Assembly (NCBI GenBank): GCA_963792075.1
Contig: CAWBUW010000012.1
Coordinates: 2,099,840-2,163,839 of the forward strand
Reading direction: 5' to 3'
DNA length: 64,000 bases
Source of the DNA: an uncultured Chloroflexia bacterium
GTDB lineage: Bacteria > Chloroflexota > Anaerolineae > Anaerolineales > UBA4823
Position 1 is the first letter of the stretch; every line of letters begins with the position of its first letter. Shown here one piece after another: positions 42,170 to 51,293 of the stretch. The notes under the pieces were generated by a model. It worked only from the letters and a program-made list of their open reading frames with translations, searched no databases and had not been told where the DNA came from. The position numbers were made by a program, and so were the translations under genes.

Positions 42170-42913
42170 TTATTGAACGGTGTGGAGGGAACGTATCACC
42201 ATGACAACTTTACCCTGTACCCGAACGGTGGCGGGGTTGTCAATGTAAATAGGCTTCATGGTCGGGTTAGCGGGCTGCAAGCGGATGCGTTTGCCTTCTT
42301 TGAAAAAGTACTTGAGCGTGGTTTCTTCGCGGTCATCCAACCAGACGGCAACCATTTCCCCATTGCGTACGTCACGTGCCGGGCGCATAATGACATAGTC
42401 GCCCTCGTTGACCATCGCATCGATCATGGAGTCTCCCCGCACTTCGAGCGCGAAGAGCTCTTCAGTTTTCTCTCGGCCGGGAAGCATGGAACGCGCGATA
42501 TCCACAAAGCCCATGTAGCGGAAGTCAGTATCGGGCAGAGGTACAGGCTCACTGGCGAAGATACGTCCTACTAGTGGGATTTTGATCATTTCTTCGACGG
42601 AGGAGAGTGCACGCTTGGCGGCATCTTTTAGCGCCTGACCGGGGATAGGTCCAGAGGCTTCGGCCTCAAGCATTTCTGCCAGCGGTTTGACCAGGCGGAT
42701 GCCGCGCGAGACGCGACCTGCGCGCTCGATCATACCGCGCTCTTCCAATTGGTCGAGATAATAATTAGCCACTGAAGTAGATGAAATATCTGCTCGTTGG
42801 CAAATTTCGCGAATGGAAGGGGGGTAACCATGCTGCTGTTGGTAACGGTCGAGCACTTCCAGGATATGGAGCTGGCGCTCGGTCAATTCTTTCTTGCGTT
42901 GTCGGGCCATCAT
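42170..42913 (-). CDS. lexA: LexA repressor (wHTH + S24 peptidase) with extended linker and Ala-Ser at the expected cleavage position
   Basis: TERQLHILEVL..PPSIREICQRADISSTSVANYYLDQLEERGMIER wHTH. VGRIFASEP, GDSM (Ser) and TTLKYF (Lys) S24 motifs. GAGGAGG SD. Confidence 0.85.
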   Translation of the reverse strand: MMARQRKKELTERQLHILEVLDRYQQQHGYPPSIREICQRADISSTSVANYYLDQLEERGMIERAGRVSRGIRLVKPLAEMLEAEASGPIPGQALKDAAKRALSSVEEMIKIPLVGRIFASEPVPLPDTDFRYMGFVDIARSMLPGREKTEELFALEVRGDSMIDAMVNEGDYVIMRPARDVRNGEMVAVWLDDREETTLKYFFKEGKRIRLQPANPTMKPIYIDNPATVRVQGKVVMVIRSLHTVQ

Positions 42914-42999
42914 CTGAGCCTCCTCGGTGAGTGAGTTATCCAGAACCCACTGTATTCGTTCGGATAATTAAGAAACAGAAAAAGTGTTCTATAATTGAG

Positions 43000-43028
43000 A
43001 TATTATCAGAACTATTGTTCTGTGTCAA
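43000..43028 (-). promoter_or_regulatory. lexA promoter with an SOS (Cheo-type GAAC-N4-GTTC) box inside the spacer
   Basis: Minus strand TTGACA (43023-43028), 17-nt spacer, TAATAT (43000-43005). AGAACAATAGTTCT occupies 43008-43021. Confidence 0.65.
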
Positions 43029-43150
43029 GACCCAGTTTCTTTTTTTTCTTTTTGGACAGCCCCCACATTTGCCCTCTATCACGGCGATTCCCAGAGAGCC
43101 TCCTCAATTTCACAAACAGGTGGAGTGTGAGATAATCAGCCTGAAAGCTT

Positions 43151-43591
43151 ATGCCAAAAGACCTGGTCACCTCATTGTTATACGCCCGCCGGATGCCGGT
43201 GTTGGGCCGGGCGGCGTATTATGCACTGAAGCTGTTAGGCGTCGAGGTGCCGCTTTCGGTGCCGGTTGGACCAGGCTGCGAGTTGGAGCATGGCGGTTTT
43301 GGGGTGGTGATCCATTCCAAAGCGCGGCTCGGCAGCCGGGTGAAGCTTTATCCGGGTGTAACTTTAGGTCGGGCAGATATTTACCGGCCAGCCACGCAGT
43401 CCAGGTTCGAGGGGATTGTGATCGAAGATGACGTGATCCTGTGCCCAGGCGCAAAAGTGTTATGTAAAGAAGGGGTGCTGGTGGTTGGCCGGGGCACGGT
43501 CCTTGGAGCGAACGCGGTGTTGTTGGGCTCCACGGGTGAAAATGAAATTTGGGCCGGCGTGCCGGCGCGCTGTGTGGGGAAGCGGGAATAG
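43151..43591 (+). CDS. Serine-acetyltransferase-like hexapeptide O-acetyltransferase
   Basis: Left-handed beta-helix repeats GFGVVIHSKARLGSRVKLYPGVTLG..IVIEDDVILCPGAKVL. 146 aa. Confidence 0.7.
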   Translation: MPKDLVTSLLYARRMPVLGRAAYYALKLLGVEVPLSVPVGPGCELEHGGFGVVIHSKARLGSRVKLYPGVTLGRADIYRPATQSRFEGIVIEDDVILCPGAKVLCKEGVLVVGRGTVLGANAVLLGSTGENEIWAGVPARCVGKRE

Positions 43592-43594
43592 GAT

Positions 43595-44620
43595 ATGGGG
43601 ATGAAGCGCGTCTGCCTCGTGCCTCGTTTACGCGGTGTGGGCGGGATGGTCTCTTTCCAGGCCAAGCTGGCGGCCGGGTTGGAACGCCAGGGATATGCCG
43701 TCAGCTACGACCTGTCCGACCGTCCTTACCAGGCGGTCCTGGTGATTGGCGGAACGAGCTCGCTGCGCGGGCTGCTCCAGGCCCGGCGAGAAGGCGCGCG
43801 GATCGTGCAGCGCCTGGATGGGATGAATTGGATCCATCGCCTGCGCCATACAGGGGTGAAACACTACCTGCGCGCCGAGTACGGCAACCTGGTCCTTTCG
43901 CAAATCCGGCGCCGGATAGCAGAGCGGATTGTCTACCAGAGCGCTTTCAGCCACGCCTGGTGGGAGCGAGTATATGGCTCCACGCGCCAGCCCTGGTCCA
44001 TGGTGCATAATGGAGTGGACTTGCAGGCGTATACGCCCTCCGGTGAGCAAGATCGCCCCTCCGACCGTTTTCGCTTGCTCCTGGTGGAAGGGAACCTGGG
44101 CGGAGGGTATGAAATCGGATTGGAAACAGGAGTGCACCTGGCAGAGCGGCTGCAAAGCGAACAGCAGCAAAAGGTCGAATTGATGGTGGTGGGCAGGGTG
44201 ACGCCCCAATTGGCAGCAGAGTGGCAGGGCAGGGCAAGCGTGCCTCTGGTTTTCGCCGGGCTGGTGGATCGCCAGCGTATCCCGCAGATCGATCGCTCGG
44301 CGCACTTGCTGTATGCGGCAGATGTCAACGCAGCCTGTCCAAACTCGGTAATCGAGGCGCTGGCCTGTGGGCTGCCGGTCGTGGCTTTTGATACCGGTGC
44401 GCTGCCCGAACTGGTGACGGGCTCAGCCGGTCGGGTCGTGCCGTACGGAGGGGACCCCTGGCGGCTGGATCCGCCGGACATTTCAGCGTTGGCATCCGCG
44501 GCCATGGATGTGCTGGCGGAGCAAGAACGCTTCCGGGCCGGGGCCCGTCAGCGGGCAGAAGAGGCCCTTGGCTTGGAGAAGATGATAGAAGGGTATCTTG
44601 AGGTTTTGGTGGGTGGTTAA
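43595..44620 (+). CDS. GT4-family glycosyltransferase
   Basis: NSVIEALACGLPVVAFDTGALPELV motif. Confidence 0.8.
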   Translation: MGMKRVCLVPRLRGVGGMVSFQAKLAAGLERQGYAVSYDLSDRPYQAVLVIGGTSSLRGLLQARREGARIVQRLDGMNWIHRLRHTGVKHYLRAEYGNLVLSQIRRRIAERIVYQSAFSHAWWERVYGSTRQPWSMVHNGVDLQAYTPSGEQDRPSDRFRLLLVEGNLGGGYEIGLETGVHLAERLQSEQQQKVELMVVGRVTPQLAAEWQGRASVPLVFAGLVDRQRIPQIDRSAHLLYAADVNAACPNSVIEALACGLPVVAFDTGALPELVTGSAGRVVPYGGDPWRLDPPDISALASAAMDVLAEQERFRAGARQRAEEALGLEKMIEGYLEVLVGG

Positions 44621-44644
44621 CCACGAAGGAAAAAAGGCGCGAAG

Positions 44645-45055
44645 ATGGACACAAAGCCAAAGAAAATATTTCCTGTTCTTTCAGCCCAAGAAGAGGAAAT
44701 TGGAAAGCAGGTAGTCGACGCAGCTTTCCAGGTGCATCATGCCTTAGGTCCAGGGCTGTTAGAAAATGTGTATGAGATTTGCTTTTGCCATGAGTTGGCA
44801 AAGCGCGGATTAGAATTCCAGCGGCAAGTCCCTGTGCCAATTGAATACGATGGGATCTACTTTGACGAAGCATTTCGTCTGGATGTGCTGGTTGAAAATC
44901 TGGTCATCTGTGAATTAAAGGCGCTAGATGTGCTGCTGCCGGTTCACCAGGCGCAGTTGCTAAGCTATCTTAGGCATAAACGAAAGCGGCTTGGTTACCT
45001 GATCAATTTTCACGTTCCACTGATCAAGCATGGTATTCATCGCTATGTTTTTTAA
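44645..45055 (+). CDS. GxxExxY protein (PD-(D/E)XK-like small nuclease-fold family)
   Basis: GPGLLENVYE signature, 136 aa. Markedly AT-richer than the flanking GT genes. Confidence 0.8.
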   Translation: MDTKPKKIFPVLSAQEEEIGKQVVDAAFQVHHALGPGLLENVYEICFCHELAKRGLEFQRQVPVPIEYDGIYFDEAFRLDVLVENLVICELKALDVLLPVHQAQLLSYLRHKRKRLGYLINFHVPLIKHGIHRYVF

Positions 45056-45088
45056 CCTCTTTGTGAAACTTCGTTCCTTAGTGTCTTC

Positions 45089-46237
45089 GTGGTGAATCCA
45101 GTGAGCTTTTCTACGATTTTACGTTTAGGAGTGCAGCAGCGGGTGCTGCCGGAGTACCGGGCAGCGTTTATGGAAACGCTGGCAGACGTGTGCAGCGGCG
45201 GGCTGAGCGTGTTTGCCGGGCAGCCGTTGTCCAAAGAAGCGATTGCACCGGCGAAAACGCTGCGCGGGGCCGAATGGGTGCCGGCGCGCAACTGGTACTT
45301 GTTTGACCCGGCTTCGCCTTTTTTCCTGTGCTGGCAAAGAGGTTTTGTGGATTGGCTGGAGCGCTGGCAGCCAGAAGTGCTGGTAGTCGAAGCCAACCCG
45401 CGCAATTTGAGCACGCGCCGCGCAGCGCGTTGGATGCATGCCCATCAGCGTCCCGTGTTGGGCTGGGGATTGGGCGCACCGGCCTTAACTGGGCCTCTGC
45501 AAGCGCTGCGATTCTGGGAACGGCGCAGCTTCCTGGGTGTGCTGGATGGGGTGATCGCTTACAGTCAGCGTGGCGCAGAGGAATATTTAGCTGCCGGATT
45601 GCCCGCGGAACGCGTGTTTGTGGCGCATAATGCCGTGGCGCGCCGCCCCAGCGAGCCGCCGCCTGACCGGCCAGCCGGCTTTGCCGATCGCCCGGTGGTG
45701 TTGTTTGTCGGGCGGCTGCAAGCACGCAAGCGGATCGACCTGTTGTTGAGCGCTTGCGCCGGGCTGCCCACGGCGCTCCAACCACGGCTGGTGATCGTGG
45801 GGGATGGGCCCGACCGGGCGCAGATGGAAGCGCAGGCGCAGGAAATATACCCATCCACTGAGTTCCCTGGCGCCAGGCATGGCGCCGAACTGGCGGCATA
45901 CTTTGCCCAGGCAGACCTGTTCGTGCTGCCGGGCACCGGGGGATTGGCCGTGCAGCAAGCGCTGACTTATGGCCTGCCCGTGATCGTGGCTCGCGGCGAT
46001 GGCACGCAGGATGACCTGGTGCGCTCCGAGAACGGCTGGCTGATCCAGCCGGATGACCTCGCAGCGTTGGGGTCGGCGCTGGCGGAAGCGCTGGCAAGCC
46101 CGGAACGCCTGCGGCGCATGGGCGCGTGTGGGTATCGGATTGTGGCTGAAGAAGTCAATCTGGAGCAGATGGCGGCGGTGTTTGTCCAGGCGGCCGAAAA
46201 GGTGTATAATCTTCAATCATTGAGGAGCGATAGATGA
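45089..46237 (+). CDS. GT4/GT1-family glycosyltransferase
   Basis: FVLPGTGGLAVQQALTYGLPVIVARGDG block. GTG start. Confidence 0.8.
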   Translation: MVNPVSFSTILRLGVQQRVLPEYRAAFMETLADVCSGGLSVFAGQPLSKEAIAPAKTLRGAEWVPARNWYLFDPASPFFLCWQRGFVDWLERWQPEVLVVEANPRNLSTRRAARWMHAHQRPVLGWGLGAPALTGPLQALRFWERRSFLGVLDGVIAYSQRGAEEYLAAGLPAERVFVAHNAVARRPSEPPPDRPAGFADRPVVLFVGRLQARKRIDLLLSACAGLPTALQPRLVIVGDGPDRAQMEAQAQEIYPSTEFPGARHGAELAAYFAQADLFVLPGTGGLAVQQALTYGLPVIVARGDGTQDDLVRSENGWLIQPDDLAALGSALAEALASPERLRRMGACGYRIVAEEVNLEQMAAVFVQAAEKVYNLQSLRSDR

Positions 46238-46309
46238 TACTGCACTAAGCCATACCAAAATTTCGGGCAACCTCTCGGGTGAATTGCGCGCAACGCGCGC
46301 GTCTGCGGC

Positions 46310-46339
46310 CGGGGGCTGGAGCCCTCGGTTTTTGTTTTA
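46310..46339 (+). terminator. Rho-independent terminator (or attenuator) 15 nt upstream of the ABC-F start
   Basis: CCGGGGGC-TGGA-GCCCTCGG (one G-U pair) followed by TTTTTGTTTT. Confidence 0.6.
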
Positions 46340-46353
46340 ACTTTGGTGAGGGA

Positions 46354-48045
46354 ATGATGGCTAGTGTTTTAGGCGCTTTGACAGTACAAAATATATCGAA
46401 ATCCTTTGGGATCGAGCCGGTCCTGAAGGATATTTCGTTCAGCCTTAATCCAGGCGACCGGTTGGGATTGGTGGGTCCGAACGGCTGCGGAAAAACTACA
46501 CTGTTGCGCATCCTGGTAGGTCAGGAGCGAGCTGACAGGGGCGTAGTACGCTTCAATCCGCCCGAAATCCGCATCGGTTATTTGCCACAGGGGCTGTTAC
46601 CGGGGCCGCAAGATACGTTGGGCAGCTTTTTGGAGAGCGTGGGTGGCAGCCTGGATATGCTGGGGGCAGAAGTGGAACGCCTGGCGGCTGCGTTGGCTGC
46701 AGATGGCGAACCAATGGTAGCCGGTAGAGCCGCCTTGCAGCAGGCCTTCAACGCCGCACTCGGACGGCTGGAAGCGGCAGTAGAGTCGGCCGGGCGAGCG
46801 CCGCAGGTGCTGGCGGCGTTGGGCCTGGATCAGTTTGGGGTTGACACGCCGGTGACTCACCTGAGCGGCGGGCAAAAGACGCGCCTGGCGCTGGCGAGCG
46901 TGCTGTTAAGTGATCCCCAGATCCTATTATTGGATGAGCCTACCAACCACCTGGATATCGAGATGTTGAAATGGCTGGAAGGTTGGCTGAAGGTTTATCG
47001 CGGTGCAGTTCTGATCGTCTCGCATGACCGCGCTTTCCTCGATCAGGTCGTGGGGGGCATCCTGGATCTGAACCCGGAGACACGCACCCTGCGTGAATAC
47101 CCCGGAAATTATTCGGCTTACGTGGAACAGGTGGCCTCTGAACAGCACAAACAGATGGCTGTGTACCAGGACCAGGTGTATGAAATTCGCCGCATGAAGC
47201 AGGATATCCAACGCACCAAACAGCAATCATTACACGTGGAAATGACGACTACCTCTCGCCAGCCTGGTGTGCGCAGGATTGCCAAGAAAGTGGCCCGCAA
47301 GGCCAAGTCGCGCGAGCGCAAACTGGAGCGCTACCTGGATTCAGATGCGCGCGTTGAAAAACCACATACTGGCTGGCAAATGCACCAGGATTTTTTTGCT
47401 GCAAACGATATCGATCAGCAGCACTTCAGCCAGGCGGTGCTGGCAACGGAGTACCTATCCGTGGGATATCCGGGTAGTGAGCCGCTGTTAATTGAAATGA
47501 ACTTGCATATTCGCCTGGGACAGCGGATTGTATTGACCGGGGTGAACGGCAGCGGGAAAACAACGCTGTTGCGTACGATAGCCGGGAAGCTGCCGCCTTT
47601 GGCGGGCAGTGTGCGCCTGGGAGCCAGCTTACGCCTGGGTTACATGACCCAAGAGCAGGAAGGCCTGGATCCAGAAGAGGATGCTCTTCAAACGATCCGG
47701 CGTTATGCCCCCTTGCCTGAAACTGAGGCGCGCACCTTTCTGCACAAGTTCCTGTTCAGCGGGGATGACGTTTTTACGCGGGTGGGTTCGTTGTCGTATG
47801 GTGAGCGGGCCCGGCTGATGCTGGGTTGCCTGGTCGCACAAGGCTGTAATTTCTTGCTGTTGGATGAACCCATCAACCACCTGGATATCCCTTCCAGGGT
47901 GCGGTTCGAGCAGGCCCTGGAAAATTTCGATGGGACTGTACTGGCCGTAGTGCACGACCGGTATTTTATCCGGGAATTCGCCACCGAAATCTGGTGGGTG
48001 GACCAGATGGGAATCCGGGCGGAGTATCCACCGTTCGAGATCTAA
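46354..48045 (+). CDS. ABC-F family ATPase (two ABC cassettes, no TMD)
   Basis: GPNGCGKTT / LSGGQKTRLAL / LLLDEPTNHLD and GVNGSGKTT / LSYGERARLML / LLLDEPINHLD. Confidence 0.85.
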   Translation: MMASVLGALTVQNISKSFGIEPVLKDISFSLNPGDRLGLVGPNGCGKTTLLRILVGQERADRGVVRFNPPEIRIGYLPQGLLPGPQDTLGSFLESVGGSLDMLGAEVERLAAALAADGEPMVAGRAALQQAFNAALGRLEAAVESAGRAPQVLAALGLDQFGVDTPVTHLSGGQKTRLALASVLLSDPQILLLDEPTNHLDIEMLKWLEGWLKVYRGAVLIVSHDRAFLDQVVGGILDLNPETRTLREYPGNYSAYVEQVASEQHKQMAVYQDQVYEIRRMKQDIQRTKQQSLHVEMTTTSRQPGVRRIAKKVARKAKSRERKLERYLDSDARVEKPHTGWQMHQDFFAANDIDQQHFSQAVLATEYLSVGYPGSEPLLIEMNLHIRLGQRIVLTGVNGSGKTTLLRTIAGKLPPLAGSVRLGASLRLGYMTQEQEGLDPEEDALQTIRRYAPLPETEARTFLHKFLFSGDDVFTRVGSLSYGERARLMLGCLVAQGCNFLLLDEPINHLDIPSRVRFEQALENFDGTVLAVVHDRYFIREFATEIWWVDQMGIRAEYPPFEI

Positions 48046-48057
48046 CTAGAGGGGAAA

Positions 48058-48099
48058 TTGGGGGAGTGCGGTGGGGTTTTCCCCACCGCACTCCCCCAA
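48058..48099. terminator. Bidirectional terminator hairpin between convergent genes
   Basis: TTGGGGGAGTGCGGTGGGG-TTTT-CCCCACCGCACTCCCCCAA (19-bp arms) between the stops at 48045 (+) and 48108 (-). Confidence 0.7.
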
Positions 48100-48107
48100 A
48101 CCCCACT

Positions 48108-50297
48108 TTAAAGTGTTCCAGGCGGCTGGGCCATATTGTCCGGATTCTGCCAGGCAGAAGCAGGGAGACGGATGATCAAGCGGGTACCCGGCGTATCCGG
48201 GATGATTTCAAGCGTGCCACCCGCCACTGCCATTAAAGTTGAGTGGAGCGCCAATCCCTGGCCGCTGCCAGCAGGGAGCGTGGATGGGTGGGTAAAATCT
48301 CCAGCATTATTGCTGTTTTGGGTGGATATACCCACGCCGTTGTCGGCAATCTCGATCAGCAAACCCTCCTGCCAGCGAAGCGCGATTTGTAAGTGAAGGG
48401 GAGCATCCGGCTTTTCTCCACGGGCGTGGCGCGCAGCATTGCGCACTCCCTCACGCGCCGCATAATACAGCACTTCGGCCAACCAGGGCGGGAGCGTCGC
48501 CAGGCCCTGCTCTGCGGCAGGGTCAACCAGCCAACGAACCTGTTCGAAATCCTGGGCATGTTCACGTTCGAGCAGCAGGCGCAGCGCCTGGGTTACGCCA
48601 AGCCGGCTGACCTCGGGGACTGCCGGAGGCAATTCGCGCAGCAAGCCTGCAATCTTGCGATGCACGGCCGCCAGCGTGCTCAACCCATCTTCCTTCTGTG
48701 CCGGTTCCGTCGCTGCGCTAAGCGAAAGCATGGCCGCGTGCAAATCGGGGAGAATATCATCATGCAGGACGCGGCGGGCGCGCCTGTCCAGAACCTGGGA
48801 TTCGGCCAGGCGCTGGCGTTGTAAGGCAGCCAGGCGATGGGCCATTTCCAGGCCGACCTGGGTATCCATTAATCGCTCAGCAGCCGAACGAGCAATCTCG
48901 ATTTCTTCCTGGGTATATAAGCTGCCATCGTTCTTCTCACCCAGCAAGAACATGCCAATCTGGCCGCGGTCCGCCCATAAGGGAACCGCCCAACGATAGC
49001 CGGAGAAACTTGCCGGGTCGAGCGGCAGGCAAAGCTCGCTGCTGGAGGCGGATAATTGACTGACCAGAGAGAGATCAGGGAGCGGCATGTGGGCAGGGTA
49101 GGTCAAGGGAGGGCCAGCCAGCGGGGCCAGCAGCCCGGAAGGTAGAAGACAGGCTTGCAGGGTTCCCAGTACATCGCGACACAGGGCTTCGAAAGGTGAG
49201 GATAAACTATCCGGTTTTGCTGCCAGAGGTTCCAGGATCTGCTCGGATAAACGCTGCGCGCCAGGGGCAGCCGTGACAAAGGGACGCAGGCTCTCAATCG
49301 TGCGGTCGCGCTCGCTGAAGGCGCGCCAGGAGAGAAAGGCAAAGAATAATGTGACCACTAAGACACTTAACAACAAGTTGTAAATACGCGGCAGTCCAAA
49401 GAGCAGCCCCCCGGCCGTCACTGCGCTGAAGCCTAGTGCGAGGATAATCGCCCGCCGCCAGTAGCGCAGCAAGCCGCGACGGGGCAAGGTCTTACCGGTA
49501 AAGATCTCGTAGGCGACAATCGCCTGGCCAACGAGCAGCGTGATCAAGGCGATCAAGCTGGCGATGACCAGGTCAAACCAGGCAATGGAGATGACCAGGT
49601 TTGGGTCCGTACGGCGGGCGTTGAGAGAGAAAACGATCCAGGCCACCGCAGCTCCGACAAGCAGGCTGACCAGGCTCAGCGCCAACGAAGCGCCCACGAG
49701 CCATGGGCGAGCGCGCTGGCGGGCGAGATTGCCCATGATCAAGGGGGTAGGGGAAGGACGGCGGAGCACGTCCAGCGATAAGCCTGTGCAAAGCAGGCAG
49801 TAGAAGGGATAGGCCAGGATCAGTAAGGGCACACCGCGTACCGATGGCGCGGCATTTATTTTGTATTGGATAAGCTGGGCCGCGGACGGCAGGGGGTTAA
49901 AGAAGGCCAGAGCGAACAGGATACCCAGCGCCAGGAGGAAAGTGATGCCAAACGGGGGGCGGTGGCGGAGGTAGAGCGATGAGGCGGGCTTTTCCCAAAA
50001 TCCGTTATACCAAAGCATGATGGCATACCATGCAAAGGGCAGGCCGGTCAGCAGCACCCAGCCCAGGTGCCACCAAAAATCGAGCGGCGTTGCGATGAAT
50101 ATCGGGCCGGAGCCGACGATGGCTGAATGGCTTAAGAAGAACAGGCCGCCCAGAAGCAGCGCACCTGCTGCCAGCCACAAACCAAAGGTGCGCCTTTCGG
50201 CATTCAGCAGCACCGTCAGGCCAAGCCAGAAGAGCAGGATGGTATTGAAAAGCGAGACGGTGAGGACGGCCCAATCAAGGAAGAATTGGCCGGTCAT
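48108..50297 (-). CDS. Polytopic sensor histidine kinase (HisKA_3 / NarX-type) with large N-terminal membrane domain and GAF-like region
   Basis: About 10 TM segments. H-box VLHDDILPDL, N-box EGVRNAARHA, G-boxes DNGVGI and GQGLALHS. Confidence 0.8.
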   Translation of the reverse strand: MTGQFFLDWAVLTVSLFNTILLFWLGLTVLLNAERRTFGLWLAAGALLLGGLFFLSHSAIVGSGPIFIATPLDFWWHLGWVLLTGLPFAWYAIMLWYNGFWEKPASSLYLRHRPPFGITFLLALGILFALAFFNPLPSAAQLIQYKINAAPSVRGVPLLILAYPFYCLLCTGLSLDVLRRPSPTPLIMGNLARQRARPWLVGASLALSLVSLLVGAAVAWIVFSLNARRTDPNLVISIAWFDLVIASLIALITLLVGQAIVAYEIFTGKTLPRRGLLRYWRRAIILALGFSAVTAGGLLFGLPRIYNLLLSVLVVTLFFAFLSWRAFSERDRTIESLRPFVTAAPGAQRLSEQILEPLAAKPDSLSSPFEALCRDVLGTLQACLLPSGLLAPLAGPPLTYPAHMPLPDLSLVSQLSASSSELCLPLDPASFSGYRWAVPLWADRGQIGMFLLGEKNDGSLYTQEEIEIARSAAERLMDTQVGLEMAHRLAALQRQRLAESQVLDRRARRVLHDDILPDLHAAMLSLSAATEPAQKEDGLSTLAAVHRKIAGLLRELPPAVPEVSRLGVTQALRLLLEREHAQDFEQVRWLVDPAAEQGLATLPPWLAEVLYYAAREGVRNAARHARGEKPDAPLHLQIALRWQEGLLIEIADNGVGISTQNSNNAGDFTHPSTLPAGSGQGLALHSTLMAVAGGTLEIIPDTPGTRLIIRLPASAWQNPDNMAQPPGTL

Positions 50298-50322
50298 TCT
50301 GCGCTCCCAGATCTAAACGAGA

Positions 50323-51084
50323 TCATGTATTCGGGACCGGCTGCCATTTTCCGTTTTCATCTAACGCCAACATGCTGCCCGCCTCATCCCAGGCGAGCAT
50401 GCGGTGCAATTGAACGATCAGGGCAGCGCGTGTGCGAGCGATCTTTTCATCGGTCGTGGACTGGGCCAGCCCCCAGGTCGCGTAGATCTGCCCGTTGGTG
50501 CGGCTGATGGTGCGTTTATCCTGGAAACCCAAACGAGCCGCAATTTGTTCGTTGGTCAGGCCCTGGGCCAGCAAACGGGCTACCACCTGCTCGTTTGGCT
50601 CCAGCAGCGCCATGGGGTCGTTTTCATCCTTGTGACGTACTTCCTGTACCCGTGCTTCGATTTCAGGATCAATGAAGCTGCGTCCAGACACAGCATCTTG
50701 CAGCAGGGGGAGGATCATTGCCGGCAGCAGGTAGTTGGATTTGCGCACATAGGCATAGTGGCTGAGGATGCCGGAACGGCGAAAATCCCGGTAGTAAGTG
50801 TCCTCATCCTGGATCGAGTAAAACACGACCGGCAGGCGGGGAAATTCTCGGCGGATAGCGACTGCCGCCTGGATCCCGTTCATTTGCCCTGCCAGTTGTA
50901 CATCCATCAAGATCACGGAGGGGATGGGTTGGTCGTTGGATGCGGCGCATTGCAGGCAGTATTCCAGGGCTGCCTCACCGCTGGCGCAGTCATAGACAAC
51001 GTGGACTCCGCCGGTAGCATGTAGACCATCTTTGAGCGCCTGCCGCAGGCGAGGATTATCTTCGACGAGGAGAGTGATTAACAT
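50323..51084 (-). CDS. NarL/LuxR-family response regulator (REC + LuxR HTH) with C-terminal extension
   Basis: LLVEDNPRL, ILMDVQL phospho-acceptor context, LTNEQIAARLGFQDKRTISRT HTH. ATG at 51084 has a GGAAG SD; an alternative start lies at 51111. Confidence 0.8.
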   Translation of the reverse strand: MLITLLVEDNPRLRQALKDGLHATGGVHVVYDCASGEAALEYCLQCAASNDQPIPSVILMDVQLAGQMNGIQAAVAIRREFPRLPVVFYSIQDEDTYYRDFRRSGILSHYAYVRKSNYLLPAMILPLLQDAVSGRSFIDPEIEARVQEVRHKDENDPMALLEPNEQVVARLLAQGLTNEQIAARLGFQDKRTISRTNGQIYATWGLAQSTTDEKIARTRAALIVQLHRMLAWDEAGSMLALDENGKWQPVPNT

Positions 51085-51218
51085 GAGATTTCTTCCATTA
51101 CTTTTACCCATGGAGGATAATCGCGAGGTGTGGTTTGGTCAAGCACCTGGGTGCGCGTATCCGGGGTTTCAGAGGGTGTCTGGATAAAGGATTTTATCTG
51201 AAAATGGTGCTATCCAAT

Positions 51219-51262
51219 ATAGGGTATTTTGTACGGACGTACGCCCGCACAAAATACCCTAT
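51219..51262. repeat. 44-bp palindrome, copy B of the family seen at 42040-42083
   Basis: ATAGGGTATTTTGTACGGAC-GTAC-GCCCGCACAAAATACCCTAT. 31 nt upstream of the radical SAM start. The two A:C mismatches on the plus strand become G:U pairs on the minus strand. Confidence 0.75.
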
Positions 51263-51293
51263 GTAATGAACCTGATTGATTGTGAGGTGCATC

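Noticed and set aside
42016-42204. Short ORFs translating the 44-bp palindromes (..WYFVRACARTKYH.. and the similar one at 51219-51262)
   Set aside because: The peptide similarity between the two loci is explained by the DNA repeat itself. Both strands give ORFs, as expected for a palindrome.
42942-42990. Additional LexA boxes in the lexA 5' UTR (GAAC-N11-GTTC and AGAAAC-N8-TGTTCT)
   Set aside because: The spacing does not fit the GAAC-N4-GTTC consensus. They are kept only as a note under the lexA finding.
42931-43431. 166-aa plus-strand ORF across the lexA promoter region
   Set aside because: It begins inside the lexA control region, runs through a poly-T tract and overlaps the better-supported acetyltransferase gene in another frame. 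It has no motifs.
51112-51293. Cobalamin riboswitch upstream of the B12-binding radical SAM gene
   Set aside because: I saw no B12-box-like GCCACTG core or the conserved multi-stem layout. The region is instead dominated by the 44-bp palindrome.
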